Shown: in pieces, positions 6,315 to 13,921 of the stretch
Layout of the letters: every line of letters begins with the position of its first letter
Position numbering within the stretch: position 1 is the stretch's first letter
Assembly: GCA_041736175.1 (NCBI GenBank)
Contig: JBGSUI010000030.1
Location: forward strand, 1 to 13,921
Reading direction: 5' to 3'
From: Oligoflexales bacterium
GTDB lineage: Bacteria; Bdellovibrionota_B; Oligoflexia; Oligoflexales; CAIYRB01
Length of the DNA: 13,921 nucleotides
Notes under the pieces: model-generated
What the model saw: the letters and a program-made list of their open reading frames with translations, nothing else
Told to the model about the DNA's origin: nothing
The model's database searches: none
Made by a program: the position numbers and the translations under genes

Positions 6315-7633
6315 AGAGCAAACAGTTAGTCATTTTAGGTTTGTTGGCTGCGATTTTCTCCGGAGTTGTTTCGGCACAGAGCCTGCCTCAAGGTAGCGTT
6401 CTTCCTGGTGATAAGCTCATTCCGTCAGGAACTTCGCAAAATTCCGGGCAGAAGGCCAAGATGCTTCCAGGTGATCAAACGATACCAAGCTATGAGGTCG
6501 GAGATCCTGAGCTTAGGGCGGCTATGGAAAAATCCCGTAAAGCCCTTGAGGATGTTAGAAATCAACAAAGGGGATCACAGCCTCCTGTAGAACCAGCACA
6601 AAGTGGGCTTGCCGAGCCTGACACTCAGCCTCTGACTGTAGAATCGCAGGCATTGCCAGAGGCAGTTCCGTCGCCACCTATGCACAAAAAAATAAAAAAT
6701 AGGTACGATAATCGGGCCTATTCAGCCCCGCAGAGCGACGGACCAACCTATAGCGATACCAAAGAGGGTGTCCGCATCTTTAGTCAGGGCCTTCTGGCCG
6801 CTCGGTCTCCAGGTAAAGGTACGTTCACTCTGCCGGCAACATCGATTGCTCTTGCAACTACCCTTTACGGAATTGAAGCCACCGGGAATGTTGAGCGCTT
6901 TGTTCCAGCTGAACTGAATTATGCCTGGCTCGGCCCCAACGGGACGGTTGTGGAGATGAAAAATTGTCGTCTTTGGATCTCGGTTCGCGGGGACTATTCG
7001 ACCGAAAGGATTTATGGAAAGTCGCAATCGATCAGTTGTCGGGCTCCTACCGGTGAAACCTTTGATATTCCCATTGAGGCTCATATGGTCGATCAAAAAG
7101 AGGAGTATCTGGGAGCCAGAGGGACGTTGGTAGCCAGAGGCAAGGCATTGGTGTCGGCGATGTCGTTTCTGTCTGATGGAGTCAAGTCATTCGGTTCGGC
7201 TATGGCAGCTGCCCAGGTGAACACAGAAGTCAGTTCAGGCGGAGGATTCGGTGAACCTGTCAAAGGAAGCAACGTCGGCGGCGATAAGAATAAGTACATT
7301 ATTGGTCAGACCCTTTCAGGTTCATCAGCAAAATTCCTTGATTGGTGGATCGACTACTACCAAAGCCTGTCGCCAACCATCGCGATTGGTCCAGGCAAAA
7401 AAATCTACTTGGCATTGCACCGCACCGTCCACATTCCAAAGGTGTTTTTTGGCGAAAAACTAAACACCCGTCAAATCGAGTCTATTTCCATGATGGAAAA
7501 ACGCGAGCCGGGCGATTCTGCGGATTCATCACAAAAAGTTAATACTAGTCATGCTCTCAAGGCGCCCCATCAAGGGGGAACAGGCGAGGGTTGGGGCACA
7601 TCAAAGAACGAAGCAGGAGGCGACCATGATTAA
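6311..7633 (+). CDS. traB: TraB (VirB10/TrbI-like) core complex protein
   Basis: Pro/Gln-rich linker, then LPATS..ATTLYGIEA, GPNG...MKNC, GDYSTERIY...ISC, GARGTLV and WWIDYYQSLSPTIAIGPGKKI. All match F-type TraB motifs. Confidence 0.88.
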   Translation: MKSKQLVILGLLAAIFSGVVSAQSLPQGSVLPGDKLIPSGTSQNSGQKAKMLPGDQTIPSYEVGDPELRAAMEKSRKALEDVRNQQRGSQPPVEPAQSGLAEPDTQPLTVESQALPEAVPSPPMHKKIKNRYDNRAYSAPQSDGPTYSDTKEGVRIFSQGLLAARSPGKGTFTLPATSIALATTLYGIEATGNVERFVPAELNYAWLGPNGTVVEMKNCRLWISVRGDYSTERIYGKSQSISCRAPTGETFDIPIEAHMVDQKEEYLGARGTLVARGKALVSAMSFLSDGVKSFGSAMAAAQVNTEVSSGGGFGEPVKGSNVGGDKNKYIIGQTLSGSSAKFLDWWIDYYQSLSPTIAIGPGKKIYLALHRTVHIPKVFFGEKLNTRQIESISMMEKREPGDSADSSQKVNTSHALKAPHQGGTGEGWGTSKNEAGGDHD

Positions 7634-8003
7634 GACTAGAAGCCAAAAAGTAGGCCAAAAGAACGTTTTAACTCTCTTAAGGGTTCTAGTTTATCTAAGT
7701 ATGACCGTTGGGTATGGATGCGCGACGATCCCTGACGGCGAGTTGCAGCTGGGGCCAAAAATTGTTCGAGATATGAAGGAAAGCCGGACCAGCGCGCAGG
7801 CTCTGAATAAAGGTCGGCCTATCTATATCGAAGTTTATAGCTACCCGCAGATGCTCGAAAGTGGAGACATCTGGACCGGCGGGCCGCTGCTTATCAACTT
7901 AGGGCGTGAGGATATCTCGCTCGATTCCCTCATCACTCCCCCGATGCAGCCAGCATCTCGCAAGAGTGATGCGGGCGCTCAAAAAGGGGAGTTAAAGCGA
8001 TGA
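7626..8003 (+). CDS. traV: TraV (VirB7-like) lipoprotein
   Basis: 125 aa from ATG 7626 (AGGAGG RBS). Lipobox-like GYGC; IEVYSYPQMLESGDIWTGGPLLINL matches the TraV C-terminal motif. Between traB and traC. Confidence 0.75.
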   Translation: MIKTRSQKVGQKNVLTLLRVLVYLSMTVGYGCATIPDGELQLGPKIVRDMKESRTSAQALNKGRPIYIEVYSYPQMLESGDIWTGGPLLINLGREDISLDSLITPPMQPASRKSDAGAQKGELKR

Positions 8004-10588
8004 ATCACCAAATTCACACGATGACCAAAGGCGATTTGGCGCGGGTTTTGGAATTACCACAGAGCTTTGCCGAAGCTCATATCCCGCTGCGGGAGCACCT
8101 AGGTCAAGGAGTGTTTCTCCTGGCAAGTGGTGAGCTTGGTGTCGTCTATGAAGTCGACGGCATCTACGATGAGCTCCTTTCGGAATCGGAATTGATCGGT
8201 GCGCTGACTCCTTTTATGAAGTTTTTGCGGCAGATCGTGGTGGGGATACCAACATATGCTGGTTTGCGTAACACGGTTGTTCAGTTAATTTGTTCCCAAA
8301 GAGAGCAAAAATCCATACCTGATCCAATACGTTCCGTGAAAAGTGAAGCCGGCCGTATCCTTCGCAGCGAAGAAGACCGTCTTTTTTCGATGGGTCTGGT
8401 GCGGCGGCGATACCTGATGTGCGTGCGTTATACTCCACCGAGAGATGCGGGTAACGCGATCCAAAAGATACGAACTCTACTCGATCTGTTTAAGCCTGAT
8501 GGAGCCCTTGAAGATCAGGAGCGAGACAAGGTCCATCATGATACCGAAGAATTCGAGGATACCCTCAAAAATCTTGAGGCAGAATTTAATTCTGCACGGA
8601 AAATCAGACGGCTGAATCTTGCGGAACTCCTTCACTACTATGCCGATGTTTTGCACGGAGCCACGGCGCAGCGGCTTATCTTTCCCAATGACAACAATAT
8701 TCAAGAGTCCATTTATACGTCGAATCTCACTGGAACTCCTGATGGAGTTGACATTGAAAGTAGTCAGACAGGGGGCAGGAGGATTACTCCGTTTGTGCTG
8801 TCGCAGCTGCCTAATGAATATGCCGCTGGCCTTATGCGGCACTTTATCGATAGTTTGCCGGTAAAAAATTTCGATCTCGTTTGGGGATTTTCCCATGGGT
8901 CAAGGGATTTTGGGTCAGCCCTAGCAGTCAAATCAAGCTGGTTTAGCCATGGACCGGCTCACCGAGACAAGCAGGAAGATCTGATTTCCTTTCAAAACAA
9001 CCTTGATGCTCTAAGACCACACGGGGTCCAGTCTTTGCGGCTTTTGACCTATGACGTCGATGATGCAACCAAAGCCCGCATACAGACACTGGCCATGGAT
9101 CATATTGGTGCCAGGCTTATCCCCGAACGCCAGATTGGGGTCCACATGGTGGTTTCAAGCCTTCCGCTCTGCCTATCAAAGGAGGGAAACCGAATATCGG
9201 GGAGGAGCCGGCAGATTCGCTTGGAAAATGCCGTTGGATTCTGGCCCATCTACGACGGTCCACCGAGAGAGCATGGGGTTCGTTGGCACTGTAGCCGCAA
9301 TCTCACACCGACACGGTTTGACCTCTTTCGTGGTGAGGGTAACCGGATGACTACGGTGCTGGGCACCAGCAGGGCAGGGAAGAGTTGTTTGATGAACCAG
9401 CTTTTGCTGGAGTTTATGGAGCGATTTCCAGAGGGGGTGATCCGGGTCATCGACAAAAAAACCAGCTACCTTAAGCTCTCAGATTTACTAGGTGGCAAGG
9501 TTGTATCCTTTTCCGAAAGCGCCTTACGGTTCAATCCCTATAGCCCCTTTGCTCTGGGCGACTGGGAGGATGACGATATTGAGGGGATTTATGTTCTATT
9601 GGCGACCGCCCTTGTCCAAAAAAATCCTGGAATTGAATTGTCGTCGTTACATACGGAACTTTTGCGGGATGCAATCAAGATCGCCTACAACAATCAACTG
9701 ATTAATATGCGGCATGCTGACCGGACCGGTGACCATGGATTTGATCCCCATCCAGTTTGGACCAATGTGCTCGCAGCATTGCCGCAGGCCGCTAATCTTA
9801 AAGCGGAAGCTGGTGTGAAAGGGGCAGGGGAGGCGCGGGAGCAACTCGCCGCCTGGAGCGTCAGTCTTGGGCCTAGCGGTCAGTATGGATTTATCTTTTC
9901 AGCCCATGAGCGGCAGGATTCGGCGACCGCTCTGGCGAGCTTTCTTGTTTATGATCTCGATGGCATTTCAGATCCTGTTTTGCAGCTTCTTGCTGCGCAG
10001 ATGGCTTTTTTAAAAATCACGCGCGATTTGGCCAAATTTCCCCGTAGCACGCCCAAGCTGATCGTGTTTGAAGAGCTGGGTATGCTTTTGCACGGCGACT
10101 CGCAGGCGCAAAAGCTCAATGCCGAGTTTATTCAAAATGTCGTAAAAACCTGCGCAAAACTCAATGCTCAGGCCATTTCGCTGACCAACGGTGTTGGGGA
10201 TTACACCGATAAGCCAGCGGGCAAGACGCTTTGGACCATTGCGACTCAAAAGCTGTTTTTACCCTTGGGCGATGCCATGGTCGCTGATCTGAAGTCCAAA
10301 TGTGGCGCCGAGTTTACCGAAGCCGAATTCCAAATTCTTGCTAGTTTGGAAATCAGTCGACGCCTCAAACGCAGCGAACTTTACGTCCGTTCGGAAAACT
10401 CGGATGCCCCTTACCGGGGAACCATGTTTTTGCCGCTGTCTCCAGCGATGGATGCACTGGTGACCTCAAGCGGAAGCCAGGTCGAGCTTTATACAAAACT
10501 GCGCCGTGATGGTCTGACTGCCAGCGAGGCACTCATGACAATGGCGAAGGACTATCCTTACGGGGAGTCAGGGGGAGAGGTTGTATGA
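8000..10588 (+). CDS. traC: TraC / VirB4-family T4SS ATPase
   Basis: 862 aa. Walker A VLGTSRAGKS followed by VIDKKTSY, FNPYSPF, VYDLDGI and a Walker B-position LIVFEE. Follows traV. Confidence 0.9.
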   Translation: MNHQIHTMTKGDLARVLELPQSFAEAHIPLREHLGQGVFLLASGELGVVYEVDGIYDELLSESELIGALTPFMKFLRQIVVGIPTYAGLRNTVVQLICSQREQKSIPDPIRSVKSEAGRILRSEEDRLFSMGLVRRRYLMCVRYTPPRDAGNAIQKIRTLLDLFKPDGALEDQERDKVHHDTEEFEDTLKNLEAEFNSARKIRRLNLAELLHYYADVLHGATAQRLIFPNDNNIQESIYTSNLTGTPDGVDIESSQTGGRRITPFVLSQLPNEYAAGLMRHFIDSLPVKNFDLVWGFSHGSRDFGSALAVKSSWFSHGPAHRDKQEDLISFQNNLDALRPHGVQSLRLLTYDVDDATKARIQTLAMDHIGARLIPERQIGVHMVVSSLPLCLSKEGNRISGRSRQIRLENAVGFWPIYDGPPREHGVRWHCSRNLTPTRFDLFRGEGNRMTTVLGTSRAGKSCLMNQLLLEFMERFPEGVIRVIDKKTSYLKLSDLLGGKVVSFSESALRFNPYSPFALGDWEDDDIEGIYVLLATALVQKNPGIELSSLHTELLRDAIKIAYNNQLINMRHADRTGDHGFDPHPVWTNVLAALPQAANLKAEAGVKGAGEAREQLAAWSVSLGPSGQYGFIFSAHERQDSATALASFLVYDLDGISDPVLQLLAAQMAFLKITRDLAKFPRSTPKLIVFEELGMLLHGDSQAQKLNAEFIQNVVKTCAKLNAQAISLTNGVGDYTDKPAGKTLWTIATQKLFLPLGDAMVADLKSKCGAEFTEAEFQILASLEISRRLKRSELYVRSENSDAPYRGTMFLPLSPAMDALVTSSGSQVELYTKLRRDGLTASEALMTMAKDYPYGESGGEVV

Positions 10589-12099
10589 GTATGAAACTAT
10601 TGGAAAATGATATGATACGTAGGCGGTTAATGGTGGGATCTATTCTCGCCAGTTTTGCTGCCTCTCAATTGGCGATTGCAGGTCAGTTTAGCGCTCAATC
10701 TGATTCACAAAGCAGAGTTGTGGCGCCTTTTGGCTTTCCATCGAGTCAGCCGCCAGCGCGTGGTTTCGTCATCAATCTGGCAGATTATCAAGTCGGTCTC
10801 GAAGCGCAGCAGGTCTGTGGTTACACGGACTGGAGTTCGATCCAGTTACGACTGCCAAAGAAACTCCTATCGAAAGATTATTGGCGCAATATTGGGCGTG
10901 GCCTTCAAGACGAGGCAACGCGGCTAGCCATGTCTCTCACTGGGGCATTGCCGTCTATGTTGGCTTGCAATGTTTCTCCGACCTTTTGCCATGTATTCAA
11001 CCAAGCCGAGATGATGGCAGCCTTTGAGGGCCAACTCACTTTTAACACCTGCCAGATGCTGGACGGGGTGGCCAATGTGTCCATGACTCAGGCCGAGTCC
11101 TTGCGAAACTGCGTCAGCAATCAAATGAAAACCGGTGGTAGGGACATAACAGCGAGCGTAGCCCGGGAGCGCTGTCTCACCAGTCCAGGAGACGCTGATT
11201 TGCAAAAGGGAGACAAGATCGCCCGTACGTCATCGCAGGGCGATCCAGGATCGAGCTTTTCTATGGCCAGCTTTGTTAAATCCATTTTTCCTGACTCCAT
11301 CAATCAACCTGGTGGCGCCACCTACTCGATGGGGTCAGGCACCTACCGCTATTCGCGGCTTCATCAATCAAAACTGCTCATGACCGAGCTCTTTCCCGGA
11401 GTCGAGCTAAGGCAGAAGTCGAGCGTCATGCGAGGGGGGACCTTCAATCCAACCGTCGAGCGAACGATGGTCAGCCAAAGTCAAACCGCTAAAGATCGAA
11501 TCATTTTGGTCCTTAAGACTATGAAACCACTTCAAGACCAGGGTTATACACCGGTTCAGATCATTGAGAAGACTCGGCCGCAGTGGGAGGATCGCCCAAG
11601 CTGGGATCAAAAAGGTAAACCATCACCACTTTACAGGTCCAGGTCTGATGGCGGTGAACCTTCCCTTCTGGTCACCCCCGAGCAGTTAGTGATGCTGCTG
11701 TCATTGGCCAAACCGGGCGAGCGAGATCCCGATAAAGCTCTTGATACCCCTGAAATGAAGCAGGTCATCGACCGTTTGTCGGAGTCGGTGAGTCATGTGC
11801 AAGTCAATGATCTCTTAGCGGAAATTTATTCAAGGACTTTGGACCGTTGTCGCCGCGACCCAGCCTATCAGGGTGCTCTGGCACAGGAGAACTGCAAGGC
11901 GATCTTGGAACGCACCAAAAGTGAAATTGAAATTCTTGCCTATAAACGTGATGCCGAGCGGCAGGCTCGCACGGTCCAAGTCGAGATCGGCGCCATCGTC
12001 AGGGATGTGCAGGGCCAGCGTTTAGGCAACATGACCACGCGAGGCCGTCCGCCAGCAGATCCACCAGCCGGGCCGATCCCTTTGCCGGGCAGTATGTAG
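10585..12099 (+). CDS. TraH / PFL_4711 (TIGR03755)-like periplasmic protein
   Basis: Signal peptide ending AIA; VCGYTDW...GALPSMLACNVSPTF...NTCQML; 8 Cys; C-terminal coiled coil. Directly upstream of the traG-like gene. Confidence 0.65.
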   Translation: MSMKLLENDMIRRRLMVGSILASFAASQLAIAGQFSAQSDSQSRVVAPFGFPSSQPPARGFVINLADYQVGLEAQQVCGYTDWSSIQLRLPKKLLSKDYWRNIGRGLQDEATRLAMSLTGALPSMLACNVSPTFCHVFNQAEMMAAFEGQLTFNTCQMLDGVANVSMTQAESLRNCVSNQMKTGGRDITASVARERCLTSPGDADLQKGDKIARTSSQGDPGSSFSMASFVKSIFPDSINQPGGATYSMGSGTYRYSRLHQSKLLMTELFPGVELRQKSSVMRGGTFNPTVERTMVSQSQTAKDRIILVLKTMKPLQDQGYTPVQIIEKTRPQWEDRPSWDQKGKPSPLYRSRSDGGEPSLLVTPEQLVMLLSLAKPGERDPDKALDTPEMKQVIDRLSESVSHVQVNDLLAEIYSRTLDRCRRDPAYQGALAQENCKAILERTKSEIEILAYKRDAERQARTVQVEIGAIVRDVQGQRLGNMTTRGRPPADPPAGPIPLPGSM

Positions 12100-12142
12100 A
12101 GTCTATTGATTTGTGTTTGGGCGATGGCCCATGGAGGTTATT

Positions 12143-13885
12143 ATGGTTAACGAAACGGTTCTGTCCCGCATGGTCAAAGACTTTGGCGACTCTGTCATGC
12201 GGGCAATTATGGAGGATCTATACGGCTCAGGGTTAGCCCATCTGGTGGTTTTGATAGGTGGGACCCTGGCATTCATATCGTTGGGGTTTAGCCTTCATCG
12301 CGGTGAATCGCCGAGGCGGGCATTGTCATTTTTTTTCGCTTGGTTTTGCTGTCTACCGGTTGGAGGCAAGCCCTTAGGCTATGCAGCTGTCAACGGCATC
12401 GGATCAGCGTTGGCCTACCAGCTGCAAAAGACAGCGGTCAAAGTTCTTGAAGGTCCTGCAGCGACCAAAACAATGCCACCAGGATGGGTCATGAGTACAA
12501 TCTTGCGCGCAAACGGCGTCGAGATTTCAGAACCTGGACTGCAAGATGATCTCAATTTGGCGCTGAGTTCCTGTATCCCAAATATTTCAAATATCGACGG
12601 CGATCCAATGACGGCAGCCGACCTATTTGGCGGGAAATTGAGGTCTTCGCCATCAGGCACTCCAATCTATGAGGAACGGTTTGATCCATCGCTACTACGA
12701 ACAAGAAAGATTGCCGTCCGTGGAGGGGATATGAGCTGCTATGACCTGTTTGTCGATGTGAGGTCTCGCCTTCGTCGGCATATTGAATCAAAGGGCGTTA
12801 CCAAACCCGAGGACGGCAACTATCTCGCGGTAAGTTCTGGCGATGTTTCAGACCCCGCTCATCTCCGTACCACTTGGCCCGACCCTAACACCCGAGAGGC
12901 AGAAAGGGTTAAAAGTGTGGCCTTAAACCTTGCAACGGCAGCGGCGATTCAAAAGACCGCAATGGGAATTGCTGGCGAGCCGGAGCACTTTTGGCAATCT
13001 CGCGGCAACTATCTCGATAGCCGTATCACGCGCTCAACGGATTCCGCTGTTTCGGGGCATTTTGAGGCAGGGCCTGATGGTGCTGGCAACTGGCTGACAC
13101 GAGCAACGTTCGATTTGATGAGTGCCCCTACTGCAATAGCCAGAGCTCTTAATATCGATGGGGCAGTGAGCAGTGGATTAGTTTTGCAAGAACTCAACGA
13201 AAAACTTTTGTCGCTGCCCTATTACATTGCCTTTGTGCAAAGCGTACTGAAGATTCTCGCACCTGTTGCCGTGCTGAGCATGCTTCTCGGGACTTTTAAG
13301 CTGTTTATGATTTGGAGTTCTGTTTGGTGGCTTACCCTGGTGATGCCAGCGGTCATGCAGCTTTCACGGGGAATTTCGAACTCCGTACTCTTTCATACCA
13401 ACAAAATTGGAGAGACCGCTCGTCTCCTCGAAACAGAACCGGGATTCTTGGCAAACGCTGTGAGTTTTGAAGCAGTATCCAAGATTGTAGAAGATTCTTC
13501 CCGTCTTATGAACGTAATCCTGAATGTTGAGTTAGGAATTTGGGCGGCATTGCTCGCCCTTATCCCGGTTGGTGCTTGGTTTGCCGGTGGAATTGCCAAC
13601 CGCATGTCTGCATCTATTGCAGATACCATGGTGAGCGGTGTTGTTCGTGGTGCCACGATCAAGATGGGTGGTGCCATTGCCATGAAGGGTGGAGGTCTTT
13701 TGTCCACTGCTGCGAGGGGAGGAGCTGCTATTGCAAGGTCGGGGAGTGCTCATGCCCGTCAGGTAGTGACGCTTGCAAAGGATGATCAGAAAGCTACTGG
13801 TTGGTCTCAGGGGGCTCAAACAACATCTCATTCCAAACCAATCACGCCCAATCCTGGGCGTAGCCAACAGACTGAAAAAACATAG
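12143..13885 (+). CDS. traG: TraG N-terminal-domain (VirB6-like) polytopic membrane protein
   Basis: 580 aa from ATG 12143 (GGAGG RBS). Two N-terminal TMs, a periplasmic domain with SCIP...SCY cysteines, a multi-TM block LPYYIAFVQSVLKILAPVAV..., and a Gly/Ala-rich tail. Confidence 0.7.
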   Translation: MVNETVLSRMVKDFGDSVMRAIMEDLYGSGLAHLVVLIGGTLAFISLGFSLHRGESPRRALSFFFAWFCCLPVGGKPLGYAAVNGIGSALAYQLQKTAVKVLEGPAATKTMPPGWVMSTILRANGVEISEPGLQDDLNLALSSCIPNISNIDGDPMTAADLFGGKLRSSPSGTPIYEERFDPSLLRTRKIAVRGGDMSCYDLFVDVRSRLRRHIESKGVTKPEDGNYLAVSSGDVSDPAHLRTTWPDPNTREAERVKSVALNLATAAAIQKTAMGIAGEPEHFWQSRGNYLDSRITRSTDSAVSGHFEAGPDGAGNWLTRATFDLMSAPTAIARALNIDGAVSSGLVLQELNEKLLSLPYYIAFVQSVLKILAPVAVLSMLLGTFKLFMIWSSVWWLTLVMPAVMQLSRGISNSVLFHTNKIGETARLLETEPGFLANAVSFEAVSKIVEDSSRLMNVILNVELGIWAALLALIPVGAWFAGGIANRMSASIADTMVSGVVRGATIKMGGAIAMKGGGLLSTAARGGAAIARSGSAHARQVVTLAKDDQKATGWSQGAQTTSHSKPITPNPGRSQQTEKT

Positions 13886-13899
13886 GGTTGAGTGAAATT

Positions 13900-13921
13900 A
13901 GGAGGGTTAAAACGTGAAATT
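13900..13921 (+). other. Probable start of the next operon gene (runs off the right edge)
   Basis: AGGAGG at 13900-13905, followed by GTG AAA at 13914. Confidence 0.5.

Larger units (their letters stand above)
2306..13885 (+). mobile_element. Mating-pair-formation module of a conjugative element (ICE or plasmid), divergent F-type-like
   Basis: Twelve co-oriented genes, six of the junctions overlapping (ATGA overlaps at 6311, 8000 and 10585). traL-E-K-B-V-C synteny is conserved. Confidence 0.85.

Noticed and set aside
3120..12142. Longer 5' starts in the ORF track (3120, 3443, 4166, 7551, 12113)
   Set aside because: The first four overlap the upstream gene extensively. In all five cases a downstream ATG (3225, 3569, 4226, 7626, 12143) has a clear RBS and a sensible N-terminus.
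2281..13867. Many 60-140 aa antisense or alternate-frame ORFs inside the tra genes
   Set aside because: Nested in or largely overlapping well-supported genes, with no motifs; expected by chance.
1..13921. Host taxonomic assignment (e.g. Bdellovibrionota/Oligoflexia, suggested loosely by the sigma54 motif and the LRV/lipoprotein content)
   Set aside because: No housekeeping marker is present; this cannot be supported without a database search.

Overview
The window has two parts. (1) Positions 1-~1800 are a visibly AT-rich accessory region. It holds the 3' end and right inverted repeat of an ISKra4-like insertion sequence, which appears to truncate a minus-strand gene, followed by short hypothetical ORFs and gene fragments: two LRV/HEAT-like repeat remnants and a 162-bp coding duplication shared between a lipoprotein gene and a chimeric ORF. 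(2) Positions 2306-13885 are a higher-GC, tightly packed, plus-strand operon for a highly divergent F-type-like conjugative type IV secretion system. Its order is TraF-like CxxC thioredoxin, two paralogous pilin-like genes, a small RHH/DUF2274-like protein, traL, traE, traK, traB, traV, traC (VirB4), a TraH/PFL_4711-like protein and a TraG N-terminal-like (VirB6-like) protein; another gene probably starts at the right edge. The ~500-bp spacer between the two parts carries a candidate structured RNA or ssDNA element, an 18-bp direct repeat with 22-bp period and a correctly spaced sigma54 (-24/-12) promoter motif. No relaxase, coupling protein, integrase or traW/U/N/trbC gene is visible in the window. 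All family calls come from motif recognition and gene order by eye, not from database searches.
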